The notes under the pieces are model-generated. The model was not told where the DNA came from. It made no database searches and saw nothing but the letters and a program-made list of their open reading frames with translations. The position numbers and the translations under genes were made by a program. This document shows, piece by piece, positions 1-13,821 of a stretch of DNA of 64,000 bases (position 1 is the stretch's first letter; each line of letters begins with the position of its first letter). Source of the stretch: the human T2T-CHM13v2.0 reference genome, Homo sapiens. The stretch lies in assembly GCF_009914755.1 (NCBI RefSeq), contig NC_060931.1. One strand, given 5' to 3'.

Positions 1-572
1 AGCAGATTTGAAACACTCTCGCTGTGGAATTTTCAGGTGGAGATTTCAAGCGATTTGAGGACAATTGCAGAAAAGGAAATATCTTCGTATAATAACCAGA
101 CAGAATCATTCTCAGAAAGTGCTTTGTGATGTGTGCGTTCAACTCACAGAGTTTAACCTTTCTTTTCATAGAGGAGTTTGGAAACACACTGTTTGTAAAG
201 TCTGCAATTGGATATATGGACCTGTTTGAGGCCTCCGTTGGAAACGGGATTTCTTCATTGAATGCTAGACGGAAGAATTCTCAGTAAATTCTTTGTGTTG
301 TGTGCATTCAACTCACAGAGTGGAACGTCCCTTTAGACAGAGCAGATTTGAAACACTCTTTTTGCGGAATTTGCAAGTGGAGATTTCTAGCCATTTGATG
401 TCAACAGTAGAAAGGGAAATATCTTCAAATAAAAACCAGACAGAATCATTCTCAGAAAATTCTTTGTGATGTGTGCGTTCAACTCACATAGTTTAACCTT
501 TCTTTTCATAGAGCAGTTTGGAAACACTCTGTTTGTAAAGTCTGCAAGTGGATATATGGACCGCATTGAGAC

Positions 573-589
573 CTTCGTTGGAAACGGGA
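573..589 (+). promoter_or_regulatory. CENP-B box, canonical (monomer c; recurs in nearly every HOR)
   Basis: CTTCGTTGGAAACGGGA matches the 17-bp CENP-B box exactly. Confidence 0.97.
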
Positions 590-912
590 TATCTTCATTT
601 CATGCTAAACAGAAGAATTCTCAGTAACTTCTTTGTGCTGTGTGTATTCAACTCACAGAGTGGAACGTCCCTTTGCACAGAGCAGATTTGAAACACTCTT
701 TTTGTGGAGTTTGCAAGTGGAGATTTCAAGCGATTTGATGCCAACAGTAGAAAACGAAGTATCTTCAAATAAAAACTAGACAGAATCATTCTCAGAAACT
801 ACTTTGTGATGTGTGCCTTCAACTCACAGAGTTTAACCTTTCTTTTCTTAGAGCAGCTTAGAAACACTCTGCTTGTTATGTCTGCAAGTTGATATTTGGA
901 CCTCTTTGAGGC

Positions 913-929
913 CTTCGTTGCAAACGGGG
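913..929 (+). promoter_or_regulatory. CENP-B box variant with intact core (monomer e; recurs in nearly every HOR)
   Basis: CTTCGTTGCAAACGGGG keeps the nine core positions nTTCGnnnnAnnCGGGn, so binding is predicted. Confidence 0.88.
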
Positions 930-1254
930 TTTCTTCCTTTAATGCTAGACTAAGAAGTGTTCTCAGTAACTTTTTTGTGTTGTGTGTATTCAACTCACAG
1001 AGTTGAACCTTGCTTTAGAGAGAGCAGATTTGAAACACTCTTGCTGTGGCATTTTCAGGTGGAGATTTCAAGCGATTTGAGGACAATTGCAGAAAAGGAA
1101 ATATCTTCGTATAATAACCAGACAGAATCATTCTCAGAAAGTGCTTTGTGATGTGTGCGTTCAACTCACAGAGTTTAACCTTTCTTTTCATAGAGGAGTT
1201 TGGAAACACACTGTTTGTAATGTCTGCAATTGGATATATGGACCTGTTTGAGGC

Positions 1255-1271
1255 CTTCGTTGGAAACGGGA
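1255..1271 (+). promoter_or_regulatory. CENP-B box, canonical (monomer a; polymorphic among HOR copies)
   Basis: CTTCGTTGGAAACGGGA here. The equivalent site at 233-249 reads CTCCGTTGGAAACGGGA, with a core T>C change. Confidence 0.95.
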
Positions 1272-4193
1272 TTTCTTCATTGAATGCTAGACGGAAGAAT
1301 TCTCAGTAAATTCTTTGTGTTGTGTGCATTGAACTCACAGAGTGGAACGTCCCTTTAGACAGAGCAGATTTGAAACACTTTTTGGCGGAATTTGCAAGTG
1401 GAGATTTCTAGCCATTTGATGCCAACAGTAGAAAGGGAAATATCTTCAAATAAAAACCAGACAGAATCATTCTCAGAAAATTCTTTGTGATGTGTGCGTT
1501 CAACTCACATAGTTTAACCTTTCTTTTCATAGAGCAGTTTGGAAACACTCTGTTTGTAAAGTCTGCTAGTGGATATATGGACCGCATTGAGGCCTTCGTT
1601 GGAAACGGGATTTCTTCATTTCATGCTAGACAGAAGAATTCTCAGTAACTTCTTTGTGCTGTGTGTATTCAACTCACAGAGTGGAACGTCCCTTTACACA
1701 GAGCAGATTTGAAACACTCTTTTTGTGGAGTTTGCAAGTGGAGATTTCAAGCGATTTGATGCCAACAGTAGAAAAGGAAATATCTTCAAATAAAAACTAG
1801 ACAGAATCATTCTCAGAAACTACTTTGTGATGTGTGCCTTCAACTCACAGAGTTTAACCTTTCTTTTCTTAGAGCAGTTTAGAAACACTCTGCTTGTTAT
1901 GTCTGCAAGTGGATATTTGGACCTCTTTGAGGCCTTCGTTGCAAACGGGGTTTCTTCCTTTAATGCTAGACTAAGAAGAGTTCTCAGTAACTTTTTTGTG
2001 TTGTGTGTATTCAACTCACAGAGTTGAACCTTGCTTTAGAGAGAGCAGATTTGAAACACTCTCGCTGTGGAATTTTCAGGTGGAGATTTCAAGCGATTTG
2101 AGGACAATTGCAGAAAAGGAAATATCTTCGTATAATAACCAGACAGAATCATTCTCAGAAAGTGCTTTGTGATGTGTGCGTTCAACTCACAGAGTTTAAC
2201 CTTTCTTTTCATAGAGGAGTTTGGAAACACACTGTTTGTAAAGTCTGCAATTGGATATATGGACCTGTTTGAGGCCTTCGTTGGAAACGGGATTTCTTCA
2301 TTGAATGCTAGACGGAAGGATTATCAGTAAATTCTTTGTGTTGTGTGCATTCAACTCACAGAGTGGAACGTCCCTTTAGACAGAGCAGATTTGAAACACT
2401 CTTTTTGCGGAATTTGCAAGTGGAGATTTCTAGCCATTTGATGCCAACAGTAGAAAGGGAAATATCTTCAAATAAAAACCAGACAGAATCATTCTCAGAA
2501 AATTCTTTGTGATGTGTGCGTTCAACTCACATAGTTTAACCTTTCTTTTCATAGAGCAGTTTGGAAACACTCTGTTTGTAAAGTCTGCAAGTGGATATAT
2601 GGACCGCATTGAGGCCTTCGTTGGAAACGGGATTTCTTCATTTCATACTAGACAGAAGAATTCTCAGTAACTTCTTTGTGCTGTGTGTATTCAACTCACA
2701 GAGTGGAACGTCCCTTTGCACAGAGCAGATTTGAAACACTCTTTTTGTGGAGTTTGCAAGTGGAGATTTCAAGCGATTTGATGCCAACAGTAGAAAAGGA
2801 AATATCTTCAAATAAAAACTAGACAGAATCATTCTCAGAAACTACTTTGTGATGTGTGCCTTCAACTCACAGAGTTTAACCTTTCTTTTCTTAGAGCAGT
2901 TTAGAAACACTCTGCTTGTTATGTCTGCAAGTGGATATTTGGACCTCTTTGAGGCCTTCGTTGCAAACGGGGTTTCTTCCTTTAATGCTAGACTAAGAAG
3001 AGTTCTCAGTAACTTTTTTGTGTTGTGTGTATTCAACTCACAGAGTTGAACCTTGCTTTAGAGAGAGCAGATTTGAAACACTCTCGCTGTGGAATTTTCA
3101 GGTGGAGATTTCAAGCGATTTGAGGACAATTGCAGAAAAGGAAATATCTTCGTATAATAACCAGACAGAATCATTCTCAGAAAGTGCTTTGTGATGTGTG
3201 CGTTCAACTCACAGAGTTTAACCTTTCTTTTCATAGAGGAGTTTGGAAACACACTGTTTGTAAAGTCTGCAATTGGATATATGGACCTGTTTGAGGCCTC
3301 CGTTGGAAACGGGATTTCTTCATTGAATGCTAGACGGAAGAATTCTCAGTAAATTCTTTGTGTTGTGTGCATTCAACTCACAGAGTGGAACGTCCCTTTA
3401 GACAGAGCAGATTTGAAACACTCTTTTTGCGGAATTTGCAAGTGGAGATTTCTAGCCATTTGATGCCAACAGTAGAAAGGGAAATATCTTCAAATAAAAA
3501 CCAGACAGAATCATTCTCAGAAAATTCTTTGTGATGTGTGCGTTCAACTCACATAGTTTAACCTTTCTTTTCATAGAGCAGTTTGGAAACACTCTGTTTG
3601 TAAAGTCTGCAAGTGGATATATGGACCGCATTGAGGCCTTCGTTGGAAACGGGATATCTTCATTTCATGCTAAACAGAAGAATTCTCAGTAACTTCTTTG
3701 TGCTGTGTGTATTCAACTCACAGAGTGGAACGTCCCTTTGCACAGAGCAGATTTGAAACACTCTTTTTGTGGAGTTTGCAAGTGGAGATTTCAAGCGATT
3801 TGATGCCAACAGTAGAAAACGAAGTATCTTCAAATAAAAACTAGACAGAATCATTCTCAGAAACTACTTTGTGATGTGTGCCTTCAACTCACAGAGTTTA
3901 ACCTTTCTTTTCTTAGAGCAGCTTAGAAACACTCTGCTTGTTATGTCTGCAAGTTGATATTTGGACCTCTTTGAGGCCTTCGTTGCAAACGGGGTTTCTT
4001 CCTTTAATGCTAGACTAAGAAGAGTTCTCAGTAACTTTTTTGTGTTGTGTGTATTCAACTCACAGAGTTGAACCTTGCTTTAGAGAGAGCAGATTTGAAA
4101 CACTCTTGCTGTGGCATTTTCAGGTGGAGATTTCAAGCGATTTGAGGACAATTGCAGAAAAGGAAATATCTTCGTATAATAACCAGACAGAAT

Positions 4194-4535
4194 CATTCTC
4201 AGAAAGTGCTTTGTGATGTGTGCCTTCAACTCACAGAGTTTAACCTTTCTTTTCTTAGAGCAGTTTAGAAACACTCTGCTTGTTATGTCTGCAAGTGGAT
4301 ATTTGGACCTCTTTGAGGCCTTCGTTGCAAACGGGGTTTCTTCCTTTCATGCTAGACTAAGAAGAGTTCTCAGTAACTTTTTTGTGTTGTGTGTATTCAA
4401 CTCACAGAGTTGAACCTTGCTTTAGAGAGAGCAGATTTGAAACACTCTCGCTGTGGAATTTTCAGGTGGAGATTTCAAGCGATTTGAGGACAATTGCAGA
4501 AAAGGAAATATCTTCGTATAATAACCAGACAGAAT
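4194..4535 (+). repeat. 2-monomer HOR variant (342 bp): hybrid a/e monomer plus monomer f
   Basis: Landmark spacing 4080 to 4422 is 342 bp. The monomer starts as type a (agaaagtgctttg) and continues as type e (tgccttc...cttagagcagtttagaaa). The switch lies in 4209-4223. Confidence 0.92.
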
Positions 4536-7287
4536 CATTCTCAGAAAGTGCTTTGTGATGTGTGCGTTCAACTCACAGAGTTTAACCTTTCTTTTCATAG
4601 AGGAGTTTGGAAACACACTGTTTGTAAAGTCTGCAATTGGATATATGGACCTGTTTGAGGCCTCCGTTGGAAACGGGATTTCTTCATTGAATGCTAGACG
4701 GAAGAATTCTCAGTAAATTCTTTGTGTTGTGTGCATTCAACTCACAGAGTGGAACGTCCCTTTAGACAGAGCAGATTTGAAACACTCTTTTTGCGGAATT
4801 TGCAAGTGGAGATTTCTAGCCATTTGATGTCAACAGTAGAAAGGGAAATATCTTCAAATAAAAACCAGACAGAATCATTCTCAGAAAATTCTTTGTGATG
4901 TGTGCGTTCAACTCACATAGTTTAACCTTTCTTTTCATAGAGCAGTTTGGAAACACTCTGTTTGTAAAGTCTGCAAGTGGATATATGGACCGCATTGAGA
5001 CCTTCGTTGGAAACGGGATATCTTCATTTCATGCTAAACAGAAGAATTCTCAGTAACTTCTTTGTGCTGTGTGTATTCAACTCACAGAGTGGAACGTCCC
5101 TTTGCACAGAGCAGATTTGAAACACTCTTTTTGTGGAGTTTGCAAGTGGAGATTTCAAGCGATTTGATGCCAACAGTAGAAAACGAAGTATCTTCAAATA
5201 AAAACTAGACAGAATCATTCTCAGAAACTACTTTGTGATGTGTGCCTTCAACTCACAGAGTTTAACCTTTCTTTTCTTAGAGCAGCTTAGAAACACTCTG
5301 CTTGTTATGTCTGCAAGTTGATATTTGGACCTCTTTGAGGCCTTCGTTGCAAACGGGGTTTCTTCCTTTAATGCTAGACTAAGAAGTGTTCTCAGTAACT
5401 TTTTTGTGTTGTGTGTATTCAACTCACAGAGTTGAACCTTGCTTTAGAGAGAGCAGATTTGAAACACTCTTGCTGTGGCATTTTCAGGTGGAGATTTCAA
5501 GCGATTTGAGGACAATTGCAGAAAAGGAAATATCTTCGTATAATAACCAGACAGAATCATTCTCAGAAAGTGCTTTGTGATGTGTGCGTTCAACTCACAG
5601 AGTTTAACCTTTCTTTTCATAGAGGAGTTTGGAAACACACTGTTTGTAATGTCTGCAATTGGATATATGGACCTGTTTGAGGCCTTCGTTGGAAACGGGA
5701 TTTCTTCATTGAATGCTAGACGGAAGAATTCTCAGTAAATTCTTTGTGTTGTGTGCATTGAACTCACAGAGTGGAACGTCCCTTTAGACAGAGCAGATTT
5801 GAAACACTTTTTGGCGGAATTTGCAAGTGGAGATTTCTAGCCATTTGATGCCAACAGTAGAAAGGGAAATATCTTCAAATAAAAACCAGACAGAATCATT
5901 CTCAGAAAATTCTTTGTGATGTGTGCGTTCAACTCACATAGTTTAACCTTTCTTTTCATAGAGCAGTTTGGAAACACTCTGTTTGTAAAGTCTGCTAGTG
6001 GATATATGGACCGCATTGAGGCCTTCGTTGGAAACGGGATTTCTTCATTTCATGCTAGACAGAAGAATTCTCAGTAACTTCTTTGTGCTGTGTGTATTCA
6101 ACTCACAGAGTGGAACGTCCCTTTACACAGAGCAGATTTGAAACACTCTTTTTGTGGAGTTTGCAAGTGGAGATTTCAAGCGATTTGATGCCAACAGTAG
6201 AAAAGGAAATATCTTCAAATAAAAACTAGACAGAATCATTCTCAGAAACTACTTTGTGATGTGTGCCTTCAACTCACAGAGTTTAACCTTTCTTTTCTTA
6301 GAGCAGTTTAGAAACACTCTGCTTGTTATGTCTGCAAGTGGATATTTGGACCTCTTTGAGGCCTTCGTTGCAAACGGGGTTTCTTCCTTTAATGCTAGAC
6401 TAAGAAGAGTTCTCAGTAACTTTTTTGTGTTGTGTGTATTCAACTCACAGAGTTGAACCTTGCTTTAGAGAGAGCAGATTTGAAACACTCTCGCTGTGGA
6501 ATTTTCAGGTGGAGATTTCAAGCGATTTGAGGACAATTGCAGAAAAGGAAATATCTTCGTATAATAACCAGACAGAATCATTCTCAGAAAGTGCTTTGTG
6601 ATGTGTGCGTTCAACTCACAGAGTTTAACCTTTCTTTTCATAGAGGAGTTTGGAAACACACTGTTTGTAAAGTCTGCAATTGGATATATGGACCTGTTTG
6701 AGGCCTTCGTTGGAAACGGGATTTCTTCATTGAATGCTAGACGGAAGGATTATCAGTAAATTCTTTGTGTTGTGTGCATTCAACTCACAGAGTGGAACGT
6801 CCCTTTAGACAGAGCAGATTTGAAACACTCTTTTTGCGGAATTTGCAAGTGGAGATTTCTAGCCATTTGATGCCAACAGTAGAAAGGGAAATATCTTCAA
6901 ATAAAAACCAGACAGAATCATTCTCAGAAAATTCTTTGTGATGTGTGCGTTCAACTCACATAGTTTAACCTTTCTTTTCATAGAGCAGTTTGGAAACACT
7001 CTGTTTGTAAAGTCTGCAAGTGGATATATGGACCGCATTGAGGCCTTCGTTGGAAACGGGATTTCTTCATTTCATACTAGACAGAAGAATTCTCAGTAAC
7101 TTCTTTGTGCTGTGTGTATTCAACTCACAGAGTGGAACGTCCCTTTGCACAGAGCAGATTTGAAACACTCTTTTTGTGGAGTTTGCAAGTGGAGATTTCA
7201 AGCGATTTGATGCCAACAGTAGAAAAGGAAATATCTTCAAATAAAAACTAGACAGAATCATTCTCAGAAACTACTTTGTGATGTGTG
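4430..7287 (+). repeat. Near-identical duplicate of 1-2858 (offset 4429 bp)
   Basis: Shares rare variants in the same order: gagaccttcg, gggatatc, gctaaacag, aaaacgaagt, gaagtgttctc, gtctgctagt, ggattatcag, catactag. Confidence 0.88.
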
Positions 7288-9616
7288 CATTTAACTCACA
7301 GAGTTTAACCTTTCTTTTCTTAGAGCAGTTTAGAAACACTCTGCTTGTTATGTCTGCAAGTGGATATTTGGACCTCTTTGAGGCCTTCGTTGCAAACGGG
7401 GTTTCTTCCTTTAATGCTAGACTAAGAAGAGTTCTCAGTAACTTTTTTGTGTTGTGTGTATTCAACTCACAGAGTTGAACCTTGCTTTAGAGAGAGCAGA
7501 TTTGAAACACTCTTGCTGTGGCATTTTCAGGTGGAGATTTCAAGCGATTTGAGGACAATGGCAGAAAAGGAAATATCTTCGTATAATAACCAGACAGAAT
7601 CATTCTCAGAAAGTGCTTTGTGATGTGTGCGTTCAACTCACAGAATTTAACCTTTCTTTTCATAGAGGAGCTTGGAAACACACTGTAAAGTCTGCAATTG
7701 GATATATGGACCTGTTTGAGGCCTCCGTTGGAAACGGGATTTCTTCATTGAATGCTAGACGGAAGAATTCTCAGTAAATTCTTTGTGTTGTGTGCATTGA
7801 ACTCACAGAGTGGAACGTCCCTTTAGACAGAGCAGATTTGAAACACTCTTTTTGCGGAATTTGCAAGTGGAGATTTCTAGCCATTTGATGTCAACAGTAG
7901 AAAGGGAAATATCTTCAAATAAAAACCAGACAGAATCATTCTCAGAAAATTCTTTGTGATGTGTGCGTTCAACTCACATAGTTTAACCTTTCTTTTCATA
8001 GAGCAGTTTGGAAACACTCTGTTTGTAAAGTCTGCAAGTGGATATATGGACCGCATTGAGGCCTTCGTTGGAAACGGGATTTCTTCATTTCATGCTAGAC
8101 AGAAGAATTCTCAGTAACTTCTTTGTGCTGTGTGTATTCAACTCACAGAGTGGAACGTCCCTTTGCACAGAGCAGATTTGAAACACTCTTTTTGTGGAGT
8201 TTACAAGTGGAGATTTCAAGCGATTTGATACCAACAGTAGAAAAGGAAATATCTTCAAATAAAAACTAGACAGAATCATTCTCAGAAACTACTTTGTGAT
8301 GTGTGCCTTCAACTCACAGAGTTTAACCTTTCTTTTCTTAGAGCAGTTTAGAAACACTCTGCTTGTTATGTCTGCAAGTGGATATTTGGACCTCTTTGAG
8401 GCCTTCGTTGCAAACGGGGTTTCTTCCTTTCATGCTAGACTAAGAAGAGTTCTCAGTAACTTTTTTGTGTTGTGTGTATTCAACTCACAGAGTTGAACCT
8501 TGCTTTAGAGAGAGCAGATTTGAAACACTCTTGCTGTGGCATTTTCAGGTGGAGATTTCAAGCGATTTGAGGACAATTGCAGAAAAGGAAATATCTTCGT
8601 ATAATAACCAGACAGAATCATTCTCAGAAAGTGCTTTGTGATGTGTGCGTTCAACTCACAGAGTTTAACCTTTCTTTTCATAGAGGAGTTTGGAAACACA
8701 CTGTTTGTAAAGTCTGCAATTGGATATATGGACCTGTTTGAGGCCTTCGTTGGAAACGGGATTTCTTCATTGAATGCTAGACGGAAGAATTCTCAGTAAA
8801 TTCTTTGTGTTGTGTGCATTCAACTCACAGAGTGGAACGTCCCTTTAGACAGAGCAGATTTGAAACACTCTTTTTGCGGAATTTGCAAGTGGAGATTTCT
8901 AGCCATTTGATGCCAACAGTAGAAAGGGAAATATCTTCAAATAAAAACCAGACAGAATCATTCTCAGAAAATTCTTTGTGATGTGTGCGTTCAACTCACA
9001 TAGTTTAACCTTTCTTTTCATAGAGCAGTTTGGAAACACTCTGTTTGTAAAGTCTGCAAGTGGATATATGGACCGCATTGAGGCCTTCGTTGGAAACGGG
9101 ATTTCTTCATTTCATGCTAGACAGAAGAATTCTCAGTAACTTCTTTGTGCTGTGTGTATTCAACTCACAGAGTGGAACGTCCCTTTACACAGAGCAGATT
9201 TGAAACACTCTTTTTGTGGAGTTTGCAAGTGGAGATTTCAAGCGATTTGATGCCAACAGTAGAAAAGGAAATATCTTCAAATAAAAACTAGACAGAATCA
9301 TTCTCAGAAACTACTTTGTGATGTGTGCCTTCAACTCACAGAGTTTAACCTTTCTTTTCTTAGAGCAGTTTAGAAACACTCTGCTTGTTATGTCTGCAAG
9401 TGGATATTTGGACCTCTTTGAGGCCTTCGTTGCAAACGGGGTTTCTTCCTTTAATGCTAGACTAAGAAGAGTTCTCAGTAACTTTTTTGTGTTGTGTGTA
9501 TTCAACTCACAGAGTTGAACCTTGCTTTAGAGAGAGCAGATTTGAAACACTCTCGCTGTGGCATTTTCAGGTGGAGATTTCAAACGATTTGAGGACAATT
9601 GCAGAAAAGGAAATAC

Positions 9617-12600
9617 CTTCGTATAATAACCAGACAGAATCATTCTCAGAAAGTGCTTTGTGATGTGTGCGTTCAACTCACAGAGTTTAACCTTTCTTTT
9701 CATAGAGGAGTTTGGAAACACACTGTTTGTAAAGTCTGCAAGTGTATATATGGACCTGTTTGAGGCCTTCGTTGGAAACGGGATTTCTTCATTGAATGCT
9801 AGACGGAAGAATTCTCAGTAAATTCTTTGTGTTGTGTGCATTCAACTCACAGAGTGGAACGTCCCTTTAGACAGAGCAGATTTGAAACACTCTTTTTGCG
9901 GAATTTGCAAGTGGAGATTTCTAGCCATTTGATGCCAACAGTAGAAAGGGAAATATCTTCAAATAAAAACCAGACAGAATCATTCTCAGAAAATTCTTTG
10001 TGATGTGTGCGTTCAACTCACATAGTTTAACCTTTCTTTTCATAGAGCAGTTTGGAAACACTCTGTTTGTAAAGTCTGCAAGTGGATATATGGACCGCAT
10101 TGAGGCCTTCGTTGGAAACGGGATTTCTTCATTTCATGCTAGACAGAAGAATTCTCAGTAACTTCTTTGTGCTGTGTGTATTCAACTCACAGAGTGGAAC
10201 GTCCCTTTGCACAGAGCAGATTTGAAACACTCTTTTTGTGGAGTTTGCAAGTGGAGATTTCAAGCGATTTGATGCCAACAGTAGAAAAGGAAATATCTTC
10301 AAATAAAAACTAGACAGAATCATTCTCAGAAACTACTTTGTGATGTGTGCCTTCAACTCACAGAGTTTAACCTTTCTTTTCTTAGAGCAGTTTAGAAACA
10401 CTCTGCTTGTTATGTCTGCAAGTGGATATTTGGACCTCTTTGAGGCCTTCGTTGCAAACGGGGTTTCTTCCTTTAATGCTAGACTAAGAAGAGTTCTCAG
10501 TAACTTTTTTGTGTTGTGTGTATTCAACTCACAGAGTTGAACCTTGCTTTAGAGAGAGCAGATTTGAAACACTCTTGCTGTGGAATTTTCAGGTGGAGAT
10601 TTCAAGCGATTTGAGGACAATGGCAGAAAAGGAAATATCTTCGTATAATAACCAGACAGAATCATTCTCAGAAAGTGCTTTGTGATGTGTGCGTTCAACT
10701 CACAGAATTTAACCTTTCTTTTCATAGAGGAGCTTGGAAACACACTGTAAAGTCTGCAATTGGATATATGGACCTGTTTGAGGCCTCCGTTGGAAACGGG
10801 ATTTCTTCATTGAATGCTAGACGGAAGAATTCTCAGTAAATTCTTTGTGTTGTGTGCATTGAACTCACAGAGTGGAACGTCCCTTTACACAGAGCAGATT
10901 TGAAACACTCTTTTTGCGGAATTTGCAAGTGGAGATTTCTAGCCATTTGATGTCAACAGTAGAAAGGGAAATATCTTCAAATAAAAACCAGACAGAATCA
11001 TTCTCAGAAAATTCTTTGTGATGTGTGCGTTCAACTCACATAGTTTAACCTTTCTTTTCATAGAGCAGTTTGGAAACACTCTGTTTGTAAAGTCTGCAAG
11101 TGGATATATGGACCGCATTGAGGCCTTCGTTGGAAACGGGATTTCTTCATTTCATGCTAGACAGAAGAATTCTCAGTAACTTCTTTGTGCTGTGTGTATT
11201 CAACTCACAGAGTGGAACGTCCCTTTGCACAGAGCAGATTTGAAACACTCTTTTTGTGGAGTTTACAAGTGGAGATTTCAAGCGATTTGATACCAACAGT
11301 AGAAAAGGAAATATCTTCAAATAAAAACTAGACAGAATCATTCTCAGAAACTACTTTGTGATGTGTGCCTTCAACTCACAGAGTTTAACCTTTCTTTTCT
11401 TAGAGCAGTTTAGAAACACTCTGCTTGTTATGTCTGCAAGTGGATATTTGGACCTCTTTGAGGCCTTCGTTGCAAACGGGGTTTCTTCCTTTCATGCTAG
11501 ACTAAGAAGAGTTCTCAGTAACTTTTTTGTGTTGTGTGTATTCAACTCACAGAGTTGAACCTTGCTTTAGAGAGAGCAGATTTGAAACACTCTTGCTGTG
11601 GCATTTTCAGGTGGAGATTTCAAGCGATTTGAGGACAATTGCAGAAAAGGAAATATCTTCGTATAATAACCAGACAGAATCATTCTCAGAAAGTGCTTTG
11701 TGATGTGTGCGTTCAACTCACAGAGTTTAACCTTTCTTTTCATAGAGGAGTTTGGAAACACACTGTTTGTAAAGTCTGCAAGTGTATATATGGACCTGTT
11801 TGAGGCCTTCGTTGGAAACGGGATTTCTTCATTGAATGCTAGACGGAAGAATTCTCAGTAAATTCTTTGTGTTGTGTGCATTCAACTCACAGAGTGGAAC
11901 GTCCCTTTAGACAGAGCAGATTTGAAACACTCTTTTTGCGGAATTTGCAAGTGGAGATTTCTAGCCATTTGATGCCAACAGTAGAAAGGGAAATATCTTC
12001 AAATAAAAACCAGACAGAATCATTCTCAGAAAATTCTTTGTGATGTGTGCGTTCAACTCACATAGTTTAACCTTTCTTTTCATAGAGCAGTTTGGAAACA
12101 CTCTGTTTGTAAAGTCTGCAAGTGGATATATGGACCGCATTGAGGCCTTCGTTGGAAACGGGATTTCTTCATTTCATGCTAGACAGAAGAATTCTCAGTA
12201 ACTTCTTTGTGCTGTGTGTATTCAACTCACAGAGTGGAACGTCCCTTTGCACAGAGCAGATTTGAAACACTCTTTTTGTGGAGTTTGCAAGTGGAGATTT
12301 CAAGCGATTTGATGCCAACAGTAGAAAAGGAAATATCTTCAAATAAAAACTAGACAGAATCATTCTCAGAAACTACTTTGTGATGTGTGCCTTCAACTCA
12401 CAGAGTTTAACCTTTCTTTTCTTAGAGCAGTTTAGAAACACTCTGCTTGTTATGTCTGCAAGTGGATATTTGGACCTCTTTGAGGCCTTCGTTGCAAACG
12501 GGGTTTCTTCCTTTAATGCTAGACTAAGAAGAGTTCTCAGTAACTTTTTTGTGTTGTGTGTATTCAACTCACAGAGTTGAACCTTGCTTTAGAGAGAGCA

Positions 12601-13821
12601 GATTTGAAACACTCTTGCTGTGGAATTTTCAGGTGGAGATTTCAAGCGATTTGAGGACAATGGCAGAAAAGGAAATATCTTCGTATAATAACCAGACAGA
12701 ATCATTCTCAGAAAGTGCTTTGTGATGTGTGCGTTCAACTCACAGAATTTAACCTTTCTTTTCATAGAGGAGCTTGGAAACACACTGTAAAGTCTGCAAT
12801 TGGATATATGGACCTGTTTGAGGCCTCCGTTGGAAACGGGATTTCTTCATTGAATGCTAGACGGAAGAATTCTCAGTAAATTCTTTGTGTTGTGTGCATT
12901 GAACTCACAGAGTGGAACGTCCCTTTACACAGAGCAGATTTGAAACACTCTTTTTGCGGAATTTGCAAGTGGAGATTTCTAGCCATTTGATGTCAACAGT
13001 AGAAAGGGAAATATCTTCAAATAAAAACCAGACAGAATCATTCTCAGAAAATTCTTTGTGATGTGTGCGTTCAACTCACATAGTTTAACCTTTCTTTTCA
13101 TAGAGCAGTTTGGAAACACTCTGTTTGTAAAGTCTGCAAGTGGATATATGGACCGCATTGAGGCCTTCGTTGGAAACGGGATTTCTTCATTTCATGCTAG
13201 ACAGAAGAATTCTCAGTAACTTCTTTGTGCTGTGTGTATTCAACTCACAGAGTGGAACGTCCCTTTGCACAGAGCAGATTTGAAACACTCTTTTTGTGGA
13301 GTTTACAAGTGGAGATTTCAAGCGATTTGATACCAACAGTAGAAAAGGAAATATCTTCAAATAAAAACTAGACAGAATCATTCTCAGAAACTACTTTGTG
13401 ATGTGTGCCTTCAACTCACAGAGTTTAACCTTTCTTTTCTTAGAGCAGTTTAGAAACACTCTGCTTGTTATGTCTGCAAGTGGATATTTGGACCTCTTTG
13501 AGGCCTTCGTTGCAAACGGGGTTTCTTCCTTTCATGCTAGACTAAGAAGAGTTCTCAGTAACTTTTTTGTGTTGTGTGTATTCAACTCACAGAGTTGAAC
13601 CTTGCTTTAGAGAGAGCAGATTTGAAACACTCTTGCTGTGGCATTTTCAGGTGGAGATTTCAAGCGATTTGAGGACAATTGCAGAAAAGGAAATATCTTC
13701 GTATAATAACCAGACAGAATCATTCTCAGAAAGTGCTTTGTGATGTGTGCGTTCAACTCACAGAGTTTAACCTTTCTTTTCATAGAGGAGTTTGGAAACA
13801 CACTGTTTGTAAAGTCTGCAA
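9617..13821 (+). repeat. Tandem 2-HOR (2040 bp) super-repeat
   Basis: 9617-11781 matches 11657-13821. Shared: agtgtatata (9741/11781), 4-bp deletion (~10746/~12786), tttacac in monomer b, tttacaag and gatacc. Confidence 0.85.

Larger units (their letters stand above)
107..1128 (+). repeat. Representative 1022-bp HOR unit; monomers (my labels) a 107-275, b 276-446, c 447-615, d 616-786, e 787-957, f 958-1128
   Basis: Monomer starts: cattctcagaaagtgc (107), aattctcagtaaattc (276), cattctcagaaaattc (447), aattctcagtaacttc (616), cattctcagaaactac (787), tgttctcagtaacttt (958); the next monomer a starts at 1129. Monomers a, c and e end in a CENP-B box; b, d and f have none. Confidence 0.93.

Noticed and set aside
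400-420. pJ-alpha site in the monomers lacking a CENP-B box
   Set aside because: The position corresponds (caacagtagaaa[a/g]ggaa), but the match to the motif as I recall it is degenerate, so it is not reported as a site.
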